A DNA stretch of 64,000 nt from an uncultured Candidatus Rokubacteria bacterium (lineage in GTDB: Bacteria > Methylomirabilota > Methylomirabilia > Rokubacteriales > CSP1-6). Under the pieces are notes generated by a model, which saw only the letters and a program-made list of their open reading frames with translations, had not been told where the DNA came from and made no database searches. Location: contig CAVXJS010000021.1 of the NCBI GenBank assembly GCA_963762145.1, forward strand, positions 288,001 to 352,000, given 5' to 3'. This document shows positions 1 to 11,033 of the stretch, one piece after another. A program made the position numbers and the translations under genes. The number at the start of each line of letters is the position of its first letter. Position 1 is the first letter of the stretch.

Positions 1-336
1 CCCGACTGCGCTGATGCCGTCGAAGACCTCCTTCAGGAGGTCGACGAGGCCTTCCAGGAAGACGGCCGATCCGACCCGCTCGTCGGCCGACGCGGTCGGG
101 GCCCGCTCGAGCAGGCGCTCGGTGCCCGCGGCGAGCTCCGAGACGCCGGGGAACCCGTGAAGGGCGGCCGAGCCCTTCAGACGGTGCGCGAAGACGACGA
201 GTGTCGCGAGAGCCTCCGCGGTCGGATTCTCCGGAGCGGTGAGCAGGCCGAGCTCGTCCTCGATGGCCCCGGCGGTATCCCAGGCCTCCATCAGGAAGAT
301 GCCCAGCAGCAGCTCGCGCTCGCGACGATCGGCCAT
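1..336 (-). CDS. CheA/ChpA-like chemosensory histidine kinase, N-terminal HPt domain (continues off the left edge)
   Basis: Manual translation from ATG at 336: MADRRERELLLGIFLMEAW...LVVFAHRLKGSAALHGFPGVSELA, containing the HPt motif AHxLKGSA; starts 4 nt after the MCP stop. Confidence 0.85.
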   Translation of the reverse strand, partial: MADRRERELLLGIFLMEAWDTAGAIEDELGLLTAPENPTAEALATLVVFAHRLKGSAALHGFPGVSELAAGTERLLERAPTASADERVGSAVFLEGLVDLLKEVFDGISAVG

Positions 337-340
337 CGGG

Positions 341-2207
341 TCAGCTCGCCAGCTTGAAGCGGGATAGCTTGGCGGTCAGCTCTTCCGCCAGGTGGGCCAG
401 CTGCTCGACGTTCTTCCGGCTCTGCTGCACGCCCTGCTCGGCCTTCACCGCCGCGCCCGCAATCGCCTGCACCGCCCCCGCGGCGGCCTCGGCGCCCCGG
501 ACCTGCGTCTGCGAGGCGTGGGAGATCTCGGCCGCGAGCTCGGCGGACGTCTGCGAGATCTTCCCGATCTCCTGGAGGGCCTCCTCCGCCTTGAGACTCA
601 CCTCGTACCCGGACTCGACCTCCCGGGTGCCGGCCTCCATCGCCACCACCGCCTCCTGGGTCTCCACCTGCACGCCCTTGATGAGCGTGCCGATGTCCCG
701 GGTGGCCTGGGTGGCCCGCTCGGCCAGCTTGCGCACCTCGTCGGCCACGACCGAGAACCGCAGCCCCGCCTCGCCCGCACCCGCCGCTTCGATCGAAGCG
801 TTCAGGGCGAGCAGGTGCGTCTGGGCCGCGATGTCCTGGATGGTGTTCACGATATTCGAGATCTCGAGCGAGCGGTCGCCGAGGGACTTGATCTTCTTGG
901 AGATCGTCTGCACCTCGGCCCGGATCTGCTGCATGCTCGCCAGGCTGTTGCGTACCGCTCCCTCGCCCTTGCTCGCGGCCTGGAGCACCTGGCGTGCCGC
1001 CTTCGCGCTCTGGTCGGCACTGTCCGCGACCTGGCGCACCGAGACCGTCACGTCCGCCACCGAGCGGGTCACGCTCACCGCGTCGCGGGTCTGGGCCTGC
1101 GCCGCCTCCGCGAGCTCGCCGGTGATGCGGATGGTGTCCTGCGAGCCCGAGGCCACGCGGAGGGCGGCCTGCCGCACGTCGCCGACGACCGAGGAGATCT
1201 CCTCGACCATCAGGTTGATCGCGTCCACCACGTTGCCGAGCACGTCCCAGCTCACCTCGCCGCGCCGGGTGAGGTCGCCCTTGCCGATCTCCACCACCGT
1301 GTCGAGGAACGTGATGATGTTCTGCTGCAGGTCCTCGCGCTTGCGGCGCTCCTCGTCGCGGTCGGTCTCGGTCTGGACCAGCGAGCGGAGCCGCACGATG
1401 GACTCGTTGAAGGTGACCGCCATCTGACCGATCTCGTCGCGCGACGTGACCGGCACCAGCTGGGAGAGGTCGCCCCGGCCCACGCGCTCGGCCACGCTCA
1501 CGAGGGCATTGACCGGACGCGTGATGCGCTGGGCGAAGATCACGCCCGCGAGCACCGCGACCGCCGCGATCCCCCCCAGCACCAGGAGCAGGAAGTTGCC
1601 GGCCCCGACCGCCGCGGTGCGGATGATCGACTTGTCCATGCCCACCCGCACGGTCCCGAGGCGGCCGCCCAGCATGGGCACGCCAATGTCGATGATCTCG
1701 CGCTCGCTCCCGCCGCGGGGATCGGAGATAGGTGAGCTCCTGGACCTGCGGCCGGGAGGCCTGCCCCGGCACCACGTTCTTCTCGATGATGCCCTTGGGC
1801 ACCACCGGGGCGAAGGTGTGGGCCACGAGTGCGCGCTGGGGATCGTAGACCATGACGTAGGCCACGCCGGAGATCTTGGCGAACTCGTCCACCTGGGCCT
1901 GCACGGTGGATGCGTCACGATTGACCACGAGGTCCGCCGCGGAGCTCGACAGGCTGTTGGCGATGGCGCTGCCCTTGTCGGTGAACTCGCGGGTGAGATT
2001 CTCCTGCAGCGACCGATAGGCGATGGTCCAGCTCGCGATCGCCACCGGCAGCAGGACCAGCACGAGGAAGATGGTGATCTTGCCCAGCAGGCCGAACCGC
2101 GCCCGGGAGACCGGAACGGGTGCGGCCTCGACGGGGGATCCCTCCGCGCCCTTCCTCGACCCGTGCCTTCTCCAGCCTCGCTTCAAGCCGTCCATGCCCA
2201 TGTTCAT
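341..2207 (-). CDS. Methyl-accepting chemotaxis protein (PilJ-like; TM, periplasmic domain, TM, HAMP, signalling domain) with one frameshift near 1724
   Basis: N-terminal half in ORF 291..2207 (TM1 ITIFLVLVLLPVAIASW); C-terminal half in ORF 341..1918 (TM2, HAMP, LLALNASIEAA...VVADEVRKLA). Removing one base at ~1724 joins them. ATGA overlap with the upstream gene. Confidence 0.9.
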
Positions 2208-3454
2208 GCCTTGACCGCGGCGGCCCAGTCGGCGACCGGCACCCAGCGATCGCCCTCGACCCGCGTGAAGTAGACGCTGTCCAGCCCCTGGTGCCGCTCG
2301 GCGCTGAAGGTGAGCGGCGCGCCGATTCCGAGGTCGAGGCCGCGGAGCGATTCCAGCGCCTGCCGGAAGGACGGCCGCCCCGCGTTGGACCCCGCCCGAC
2401 GCAACGCCTCGACGATCACCCGCGCGTTCACGTATCCCTCGAGGCTGATGAAGCTGTACTTCTGCGGCGCGTAGGCGGCGTCGCGAAGTGCCTCGGGCAC
2501 CTGCGGGTTTTGCTTGTCCATGAGGGCCCGGTACTCGAGGACGCCCGGCAGCACGGTATCGTCGTAGCTCGGCACCACCTGGGAGTTGATCAGCGCGCGC
2601 GTGTAGTCACGGCCCTTCGCGCGACCGTGCTTGGCCAGCAGGCCGAGCATGGCGTCCGATCCCACGAACGAGACGTTGGAGATCGGCGCGGTCCAGCCCG
2701 CGTCGCGCGCGGAACGCACGAAGGCAGCGCAGCCCTGGTAGGCCCCGGTGCAGAGCACGACCTCGCTGCCCGCCTCGCGGAGGGCCTGGACCGCGATCGT
2801 CATGTCCTCCTCGAACTTGGCGTTGCGGACGTAGGTGGCCTCCGCCACGATCTTGGCGTTGCGCGCGGCGAGGGCCCGAGCGACCCCGTCGGTCCCGCTG
2901 CGCCCGTAGGCGTCGATCTGGTAGTACACGCCGAAGCGCCGCGCCCCCGCCTGCCAGAAGCGCTCCACCAGCGCCGACATCTCCTGGCGATAGGAGGCTC
3001 GGACGTTGAAGACCTGATCGACGTAGGGAGTCTCGCGCTGGGGCTGAGCGCCGGTGAAGTTGCCTACCAGGACCACGCCCTGATCCGCGTACTGCTTGAT
3101 CACGGGCAGCGCGCGCGTGAGGGTCGGCGTGCCCACGTAGTTCGAGAGCAGGAACACCTTCTCTCGGTCCAGCAGCTGGATAGTGTTGCGGATGCACGGG
3201 TCCGGGTTGTAGCCGTCGTCGAGCGCGACCACCGTGATCTGCCGCCCGAAGAGGCCGCCGCGCGCGTTGATCTCACTGTAGTAGGCCTGCGCGCCCCGGT
3301 AGAGCTCGCTGCCGAGGCCCGCCGCGGCGCCCCGGAACGCCGCGCTCATGCCGATCCGGATCTCGCCCGCCTGGGCCCGCGCTGCGGTCCGCGGCAGCAC
3401 GACACTCGCGAGGCCGGTCGAGAGGACGCTGCCGATGAAGCCTCTCCGGTTCAC
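2204..3454 (-). CDS. Periplasmic substrate-binding protein, LivJ/LivK (branched-chain amino acid) family, with Tat signal
   Basis: NRRGFIG twin-arginine motif, AxA cleavage site, family motifs IRIGMSAAFRG, INARGGLFGRQI, LDDGYNP. Confidence 0.85.
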   Translation of the reverse strand: MNRRGFIGSVLSTGLASVVLPRTAARAQAGEIRIGMSAAFRGAAAGLGSELYRGAQAYYSEINARGGLFGRQITVVALDDGYNPDPCIRNTIQLLDREKVFLLSNYVGTPTLTRALPVIKQYADQGVVLVGNFTGAQPQRETPYVDQVFNVRASYRQEMSALVERFWQAGARRFGVYYQIDAYGRSGTDGVARALAARNAKIVAEATYVRNAKFEEDMTIAVQALREAGSEVVLCTGAYQGCAAFVRSARDAGWTAPISNVSFVGSDAMLGLLAKHGRAKGRDYTRALINSQVVPSYDDTVLPGVLEYRALMDKQNPQVPEALRDAAYAPQKYSFISLEGYVNARVIVEALRRAGSNAGRPSFRQALESLRGLDLGIGAPLTFSAERHQGLDSVYFTRVEGDRWVPVADWAAAVKA

Positions 3455-3966
3455 GCGGATACCTCCTGCGCGATCGTCGAAGTCGAGGGTCGAAGGGCGG
3501 CCAGGATCTTCGGAACGTCGAGCAGCGGCACGGTCTCCCCGGCCCAGTGGATCCAGCCCGCCATCACCGGACGGGGTCCCGACATCCGCGCGGCGGTCGG
3601 GCTGTCGACCGGCGCCACGTCCTCGTAGGGCTCGAGCCCGAGCACGGTGTCCACGACCAGCGCGGCCTGCACGGCGCCGTCGCGCACCACCAGCGTGCGG
3701 AGGGTACGACCGGGGCGGGCGTCCGCCAGTCCCAGCAGGTCCCGGACATCGACGATCGGCATCACGGTGCCCCGGAGGTTCGCCACGCCGACCAGATGCC
3801 GGGGGGCGCGGGGGACCGCGGTGAACTCGTCGAAGAGCACGACTTCTCGGGCGCTCCGGACGTCCACCGCGAAACGGGCCCCGGCCAGCGCGAACAGGCA
3901 GGCGCGCGGCGCCGGAGGGGCGTCCGGAGCAGCCGGCAGGACGGGGATCACGGGAGTCGGCGTCAT
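3451..3966 (-). CDS. cheW: CheW/PilI-like coupling protein
   Basis: FAVDVRSAREV, VPRAPRHLVGVANLRGTVMPIVD CheW signature. Confidence 0.9.
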   Translation of the reverse strand: MTPTPVIPVLPAAPDAPPAPRACLFALAGARFAVDVRSAREVVLFDEFTAVPRAPRHLVGVANLRGTVMPIVDVRDLLGLADARPGRTLRTLVVRDGAVQAALVVDTVLGLEPYEDVAPVDSPTAARMSGPRPVMAGWIHWAGETVPLLDVPKILAALRPSTSTIAQEVSA

Positions 3967-3970
3967 CGCG

Positions 3971-4333
3971 CTATTTCACGAACTGGCGCACCATGCCGAG
4001 AAGCTGGTCCGCGGTGAAAGGCTTGGCCAGGTAGTCCGCGGCGCCCTGTCGCTGCCCCCACAGGCGATCGCTCTCCTGATTCTTGGAGCTCACGAACACC
4101 ACCGGGGTGTCCTTGGTGCGGGGGTCGCGCCGGAGCCCGCGCAGCACCTCGTAGCCGTTGCGCTTGGGCATCACGATGTCCAGGAGCAGCAGGTCCGGCC
4201 GCTCCTCCACGACCCGATCCTCCAGGAGCTCGCCGTGATCGTACGACACCACCTGATGCCCGGCCGCCTTGAGGATGCCCTCGATCAGTTTCAGCTCTGA
4301 CACGGCGTCATCGACAACCATCACTTTGCCCAC
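3971..4333 (-). CDS. Single-domain response regulator, PilH/CheY-like
   Basis: GTG start at 4333 with GAGGAGG SD; VVDD, LDIVMP (phospho-Asp), SSK, YLAKPF; DRLWGQRQGA resembles PilH-type regulators. Confidence 0.9.
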   Translation of the reverse strand: MGKVMVVDDAVSELKLIEGILKAAGHQVVSYDHGELLEDRVVEERPDLLLLDIVMPKRNGYEVLRGLRRDPRTKDTPVVFVSSKNQESDRLWGQRQGAADYLAKPFTADQLLGMVRQFVK

Positions 4334-4641
4334 GAAGCGACCCTCCTCGACTGCGAGTGCACCTGGCCATAGCTTTTCGGGGGGTTCATCTACTGCAAAC
4401 CCCCTACCAACCGATGTTTTCCGCCGTCTTGGGCGCCGTTCAGCACTCGTCCGGGTCAATGCCGTGGATTCAAGGCTTTCCGGCCCTCCGGGGTCGTTTT
4501 GGGGACCGCCGTGGCAGGGTGACACCGGGCGGACGTCCGGTAGGTGACGCCTACTGTCAGAAGGACTGCCCCGAACCGTCGGCTGGACTGCCCAGTCCGC
4601 CGGGCACGGGCCGTCCTCCGGGCCCGGGGCCGGGGGTCAAC

Positions 4642-4670
4642 TTGCGATGATGGGGGGGCTATGCTAGCGT
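4642..4670 (+). promoter_or_regulatory. Candidate sigma70 promoter for the trxA operon
   Basis: TTGCGA-17 nt-TAGCGT with a TG extension, 76 nt upstream of trxA. Confidence 0.35.
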
Positions 4671-4746
4671 GGCGGTGCGTTTTTTATGGAACTCTCACCC
4701 GCTGTCCCGCACCAGTCCTGCCCGACCATAAGGAGACCTTGGATCA

Positions 4747-5073
4747 ATGTCCGATAGCACGCTCCATCTCACCGAGGCCAGCTTCGATACGGAACTGGGC
4801 AAGCATGCCGAGCTGCTGATGGTGGACTTCTGGGCCGAGTGGTGCGCCCCCTGCCGCGCGATCGCCCCCACGCTCGAAGAGCTGGTGCGGGAAGGAAACG
4901 GCTCGGTGACCCTCGCGAAGGTGAACGTGGACGAGCAGCCGGCCCTGGCGGCTCGCTACGGGATCCGTTCCATCCCGACGATCCTGTTCGTCAAGGGCGG
5001 CAAGGTGATGGACCAGGTGATCGGCGCGGTTCCGAAGGCGCAGCTCAAGAAGAAGCTGGACGCGAACGCCTGA
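4747..5073 (+). CDS. trxA: Thioredoxin
   Basis: VDFWAEWCAPC active site, SIPT cis-Pro motif, AAGGAG SD. Confidence 0.95.
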   Translation: MSDSTLHLTEASFDTELGKHAELLMVDFWAEWCAPCRAIAPTLEELVREGNGSVTLAKVNVDEQPALAARYGIRSIPTILFVKGGKVMDQVIGAVPKAQLKKKLDANA

Positions 5074-5084
5074 GCGGCTCATCC

Positions 5085-6619
5085 ATGTCGACGGTGGGGC
5101 CGGGTCTCCCCCCGCTCTCTCCTACGCGGGAGGAGTTTCGCACCCTGGCCGGGCAGGGCAACCTGATCCCGGTCTTCGCCGAGCTGGCCGCCGACCTCGA
5201 TACTCCGCTGTCCGCCTTCCTCCGGCTCCGGCCCGGCGCGTACGCCTTCCTGCTGGAGTCGGTCGAGGGCGGCGAGAAGTGGGCCCGCTACTCCTTCCTC
5301 GGCTCGGACCCCCTGATGGTCTTCACCGCAAAGGGCAAGCGGATCAGCGTCCGCCGGGCCGACGGCACCATCGAGCTGCTGCCGGGCTCGGACCCGTTCA
5401 CGGCGCTCCGGGATCTGCTGGCCCAGTTCAAGCCGGTCCCGGTGCCGGGGCTGCCGCGCTTCCAGGGCGGGGCGGTGGGCTTTCTGTCCTACGACATGAT
5501 CCGGCACGTCGAGCGGCTTCCGACCCTGACCGCCGACGATCAGAAGCTGCCCGACGCGGTGTTCATGTTCACCGACACCCTGCTGGTATTCGACAACCTG
5601 CGCCACCGGCTGCTGGTCATCGCGAATGCCCACGTCGCCCAGACCGATCCCGCCTCTCTCGACCGCGCGTACGACGCGGCCGCGGTCAAGATCGGCATGC
5701 TGCTGGGCAACCTGCGGCGGCCGGCCCGCTCCCCCGCCCCGCTCACGCTGCCGCCGGTCGAGCCGCTCGTGGCCCTGGGTGACGAGGGATTCACCTCGAC
5801 GATGGACGAGGCCGCCTTCACGGACGGGGTGCGCCGGGCGAAGGAGTTCATCGCCGCGGGTGACGCCTATCAGGTGGTGCTGTCGCGCCGCCTCGACACC
5901 GAGCTGCGGGCCGACCCCTTCACGGTCTATCGCGCGCTCCGCACGGTCAACCCGTCGCCCTACCTCTTCTTCCTGCGCCTCGGCAAGACCAGCATCGTGG
6001 GATCCTCTCCGGAGGTGCTGGTACGGCTCGAGGACGATCGGGTCGAGGAGCGGCCCATCGCGGGAACGCATCCGCGGGGGCGGACCGACGAGGAGGACGC
6101 CCGCCTGGCGGAGGAGATGCGCGCAGATCCGAAGGAGCGGGCCGAGCACGTGATGCTGGTGGATCTCGGCCGCAACGACGTGGGCCGGGTGAGCCGCCTC
6201 GGCACCGTCGAGGTCTCCGAGTTCATGGTGGTGGAGCGCTACTCGCACGTCATGCACCTGGTGAGTCACGTGCGAGGCCGGCTCGAGCCGGGCAAGGACG
6301 CCTTCGACGTGCTGGCCGCGTGCTTCCCCGCCGGGACCCTGACCGGGGCGCCCAAGATCCGCGCCATGGAGATCATCGAGGAGCTCGAGCCGACCCGCCG
6401 GGGCCCCTACGGGGGCGCGGTCGGCTACATCTCCTACTCGGGCAACCTCGACTCCTGCATCACGATTCGCACCGTGGTCTGCCACGGCCGCCGTGCGTCC
6501 ATCCAGGTCGGCGCCGGCATCGTGGCCGACTCCGATCCGAAGACGGAGTGGCTCGAAACGGCCTCGAAGGCGCGCGGCATGATCCTGGCGCTCCGCATCG
6601 CGGCGCAGGAGCAGCCCGC

Positions 6620-6623
<4 letters not shown>
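5085..6623 (+). CDS. trpE: Anthranilate synthase component I
   Basis: [49 protein letters not shown]; ATG at 5085. Confidence 0.9.
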
Positions 6624-7200
<577 letters not shown>

Positions 7201-7204
<4 letters not shown>

Positions 7205-8253
7205 ACGCGGAGCCACCCGAACGGGTGCGCCTGGGGAAACTGGGCGAGCTCGGCCTGATCCGTCGCATCCGGAGCCGTGCCGCCACGACCGACGCCGCGC
7301 CCGGCGTGGAGGTCGGCATCGGCGACGACACCGCGGTCCTCGCGGTGCCGCCCGGTCACAAGCTGCTCGCCACCACCGATCTCCTGATCGAGGACGTTCA
7401 CTTCCGCCGGGTCTCCGCCGCGCCCTCCGACATCGGCTGGAAGGCCCTGGCGGTCAACCTCTCCGACATCGCGGCGATGGGCGGCATCCCGCGCTGGGCG
7501 CTGGTGGCGCTGGCCGTTCCGGCCGACACCCCGGTGGACGAGGTGGACGCCTTCTACGCGGGCATGGCGGAGGCCGGCGCGCCGCACGGCGTGACCGTCG
7601 TCGGCGGCGACACGTCCGCGACTCCGGGTGGGTGGACGGTGAACGTCACGCTCCTCGGGATCCATCCAGGCGAGCCGCGGCTTCGCTCGCACGCCCGCGC
7701 CGGCGACGCGGTGGCGGTGACGGGCAGCCTGGGCAGCTCCGCCGCCGGCCTCCACGCGCTCGAGCGCGGGCTCGATCGCTCCCGGGACGCCGGCCTCGCC
7801 GGCGCGCGGCTGGCCGAGATCACGCGGGCGCATCTCCGGCCCCGGGCGCGCGTGGCGGAGGGGCGCTGGCTGGGCCATGCGCCCGGAGTCCACGCGATGA
7901 TGGACTGCTCCGACGGGCTCGCCACCGACCTCGCGCACATCTGCCGGGAGAGCGGGTCGAGCGCCCGGGTCCAGCTCGATGGCGTTCCGGTCGCGGCGGC
8001 CGCGCGCGAGGCGGCGCGCGCCCTCGGGGGCGACGCGCGCGAGTGGGCGGTGAACGGCGGTGAGGACTACGAGCTCCTGCTCACGTGTGACCCCGCCGCG
8101 GCCGACCGGCTCATCGCGGGCCTCGCGGAGGCGACCGGCACCGCGCTCACCGTGATCGGACGGATCGAGGGGGCGCCCGGCGAGGTCGTCTTCGTGGACG
8201 CCGACGGTGCGCCGGTTGCGATGCGCGGGGGGTTCGAGCACTTCCATGGATAA
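7201..8253 (+). CDS. thiL: Thiamine-monophosphate kinase
   Basis: [41 protein letters not shown]. Confidence 0.95.
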
Positions 8254-9526
8254 CCGGCTGCTCCTCGAGCTGTGCGCCCTCGGGATCCTGGTCCTGCTCT
8301 CCGCGCTGCTCTCCGGCTCGGAGGCGGCCTACTTCTCGCTGGGGCGAACGCGGCTGAAGGAGCTGGCGGAGCAGCAGGGCAGGACGCCCGGCCCCCTCGC
8401 CCCGCTGCTCGCACAGCCCAACGAGCTGCTCGTCACGCTCCTGGTCGGCATCACGGTGGTGAACATCGGGGCCTCCGCGCTCGCGGCCGCCATCGCCGAG
8501 CGGCTCTTCGGCGGCATCGGTCTCCCCATCGCCATCGGCGCCATGGTGTTCCTGCTGACCGTATTCGGCGAGGTGCTGCCCATGACGCTGGCGGTGGAAC
8601 ACCCGCTGCGGTTCGCGAGCTGGGTGAACCGGCCGGTGGCGTGGCTCTCCGTCCTCCTGAAGCCGATCCGGGTCGGACTCGGCGCCTTCACCGCGGTCAC
8701 CCTCCGCCTGGTCGGCTCCGAGCGGCGCACCGGGCGGCCCGAGATCTCCGAGGAGGAGCTCCGCACGCTGGTGGACGTGGGCGCGCGCGAGGGCGTGGTG
8801 GACCGGACCGAGCGCGAGATGATCCACAAGGTGTTCGAGCTGGAAGACACCCTGGTGCGCGAGGTGATGGTGCCGCGTCCGGACATGTTCTGCCTCGACA
8901 CGTCCATGCCGTCGGACGAGATCCTGCCGCTGCTCCGCGAGCATCTCCACTCCCGCGTGCCGGTTTTCGAGGAGACCATCGACCAGATCGTCGGGGTGCT
9001 CTACACCAAGGACCTCCTCCCGCATCTCGACGGGCTGCCGCCCACCTTCGACCTTCGCGCGCACCTCCACCCGCCCTACTTCGTGCCGGAGTCGAAGCGA
9101 GCCGACGCGCTGCTCCGCGAGTTCCAGGCCAAGAAGCTGCACCTGGCCATCGTGGTGGACGAGTACGGGGGCACCGCGGGCCTCGTCACCCTCGAGGACC
9201 TGCTCGAGGAGCTGGTCGGAGAGATCCGCGACGAGTACGACGAGGACGAGCGCCTGATCCAGCGCGTCGGCCCGCGGACCTTCCGGGTCTCCGGGCGCCT
9301 GCCCATCCACGAGCTGAACACCGCCGTCGGTCTCGCGATCCCCGACGAATCTTTCGACACGGTGGGCGGCTGGGTGCTCGATCTCTTCGGTCGCGTGCCC
9401 CACCGGGGCGAGAAGAAGGAGACCGAGGGTGGCGTCCGCGTGTCGGTGGAGAAGGTGGAGCGGACGCGCGTGCTCGAGGTGATCGTCGCGCTGCCCGAAG
9501 CTCCCGGGGCGCCGGAGGGCGCGTGA
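8246..9526 (+). CDS. CNNM/CorB (hemolysin family) DUF21-CBS-CorC membrane protein, paralog 1
   Basis: [61 protein letters not shown]. Confidence 0.9.
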   Translation: MDNRLLLELCALGILVLLSALLSGSEAAYFSLGRTRLKELAEQQGRTPGPLAPLLAQPNELLVTLLVGITVVNIGASALAAAIAERLFGGIGLPIAIGAMVFLLTVFGEVLPMTLAVEHPLRFASWVNRPVAWLSVLLKPIRVGLGAFTAVTLRLVGSERRTGRPEISEEELRTLVDVGAREGVVDRTEREMIHKVFELEDTLVREVMVPRPDMFCLDTSMPSDEILPLLREHLHSRVPVFEETIDQIVGVLYTKDLLPHLDGLPPTFDLRAHLHPPYFVPESKRADALLREFQAKKLHLAIVVDEYGGTAGLVTLEDLLEELVGEIRDEYDEDERLIQRVGPRTFRVSGRLPIHELNTAVGLAIPDESFDTVGGWVLDLFGRVPHRGEKKETEGGVRVSVEKVERTRVLEVIVALPEAPGAPEGA

Positions 9527-10785
9527 TCTACGTCTGGCTCATCGGCCTGTCGCTGCTGGTGACCGCGCTCTTCTCGGCCGCCGAGATGTCGTTCATCGCG
9601 GCGAACCGGCTCCGGCTGCGCCACATGGCGGAGGGTGGGCACCGGACCGCCATTCGCTATCTGGAAGCGTTCCGGAGCCCGGAGCGGCTCCTCTCCACCG
9701 CCATGATGGGCGTCACCATCGCCCACATCACCGCCTCCAGCGTGGCGACCTGGGCGCTCATCCCGCTGGTGGGCAGCGGGGCGGCGATCCTGGTCACCGC
9801 CGTCCTCACCCCGCTGATGCTCGTCTTGGGCGAGGTGATCCCGAAGGCGGTGGCCCGGGAGCGCGCGACCGGGCTCATCCTGATCCTGTTCCCGGTGGTG
9901 GAGATGCTGGGCAAGATCCTGGCTCCCCTCACCTGGGGCGCCAACGCCCTGGTGGGGCGCGCGCTGGCCCTGGTGGGACGCCAGCCCACCGGAGCCCGCC
10001 AGTTCGTGTCGCGCGAGGAGCTGAAGCTGCTGCTGCAGATGGAGCCGGAAGAGGCGGACGTCACGGTCACCGAGGCCGAGATGATCGACAAGATCTTCGA
10101 CCTGGGGGAGACCGCGGCGCGGGAGGTAATGGTCCCGCTGGTGGACGTGGCCGCGCTGCCCGACACCGCCTCGCCCGCGGACGCGCTCCGTCTCATCCAG
10201 GAGCGGGGCTTCTCCCGCATTCCCGTCTTCACCGACCGCGCGTTCAACATCGTGGGCGTCATCACCAGCATGGATCTCTTCAGCCGGGGCGTGCGGGCGC
10301 CGGACGTGCGCTCGCTGATGCGCCCCGCCACCTACGTCCCGGAGACCAAGCGCATCGACGAGCTGCTGCGCGAGATGCAGAAGAATCGCGTGCAGCTCGC
10401 GGTGGTGGTGGACGAGTACGGCGGCGCGGTCGGCATCGTCACGGTGGAGGACATCGTCGAGGAGATCGTGGGCGAGATCCGGGACGAGCACGACCGGACT
10501 CCCGACACCGTGGAGCGCCTGCCCGACGGCAGCTACCGCGTCGCGGGCCGCGCTGGCATCGACGAGGTCAACGAGGCACTCGACTGGAACCTGCCCAAGG
10601 GCGACTTCGAGACGATGGCGGGCCTCGTGCTCGCCACCCTGCATCGCATCCCCCTGGTCGGCGAGGTGTTCCGGGTCGGGCGCTACGCCTTCACGGTGCT
10701 CGAGGCCGACACGCGCCGCGTCCTCACCGTCCGCGTCACCCCCGGCCCCCTCACGAAGCCCACCCCCGACAAGCCCGAACCCTAG
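9523..10785 (+). CDS. CNNM/CorB (hemolysin family) DUF21-CBS-CorC membrane protein, paralog 2
   Basis: GTG start overlapping the paralog 1 stop; [50 protein letters not shown]. Confidence 0.9.
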   Translation: MIYVWLIGLSLLVTALFSAAEMSFIAANRLRLRHMAEGGHRTAIRYLEAFRSPERLLSTAMMGVTIAHITASSVATWALIPLVGSGAAILVTAVLTPLMLVLGEVIPKAVARERATGLILILFPVVEMLGKILAPLTWGANALVGRALALVGRQPTGARQFVSREELKLLLQMEPEEADVTVTEAEMIDKIFDLGETAAREVMVPLVDVAALPDTASPADALRLIQERGFSRIPVFTDRAFNIVGVITSMDLFSRGVRAPDVRSLMRPATYVPETKRIDELLREMQKNRVQLAVVVDEYGGAVGIVTVEDIVEEIVGEIRDEHDRTPDTVERLPDGSYRVAGRAGIDEVNEALDWNLPKGDFETMAGLVLATLHRIPLVGEVFRVGRYAFTVLEADTRRVLTVRVTPGPLTKPTPDKPEP

Positions 10786-10994
10786 CGCTTGCGCGAAGCA
10801 GCAGAACCGTTAGACTAGACGCCGCCAGCGCGAAACACGGCGTCAGGGCTACCCGGTCCTCGTAACGCGAGGCAGGTCGGATGAGCGCTGGCGCAAAGAA
10901 GCCCAACCGCCAAACCAGGAGTCCACACGAGCGAACCGGCGCAAGGCGAAGCAGGTCGGATGAGCGCTTGCGCGAAGGAGCCGAACCGCCAACC
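10784..10994 (+). repeat. Cluster of REP-like direct repeats (2 full ~48-nt copies plus 1 partial)
   Basis: GCAGGTCGGATGAGCGCT(G/T)GCGC(A/G)AAG(A/G)AGCC(C/G)AACCGCCAA at 10872 and 10951; partial AGCGCTTGCGCGAAGCAGCAGAACCG at 10784. Confidence 0.8.
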
Positions 10995-11033
10995 GAAGTC
11001 ATCTACATTTAACCTCGAGAAGGAGAAACAGAG

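Noticed and set aside
4334-4640. c-di-GMP or other riboswitch upstream of the chemosensory operon
   Set aside because: A GGAAAG-containing stem is present, but I could not match the GEMM consensus elements or find an expression platform; cmsearch would be needed
10784-10994. Possible mini-CRISPR array
   Set aside because: Repeats are degenerate and ~48 nt, periods are unequal (100 and 79 nt), and no cas genes are present; a REP-like cluster fits better
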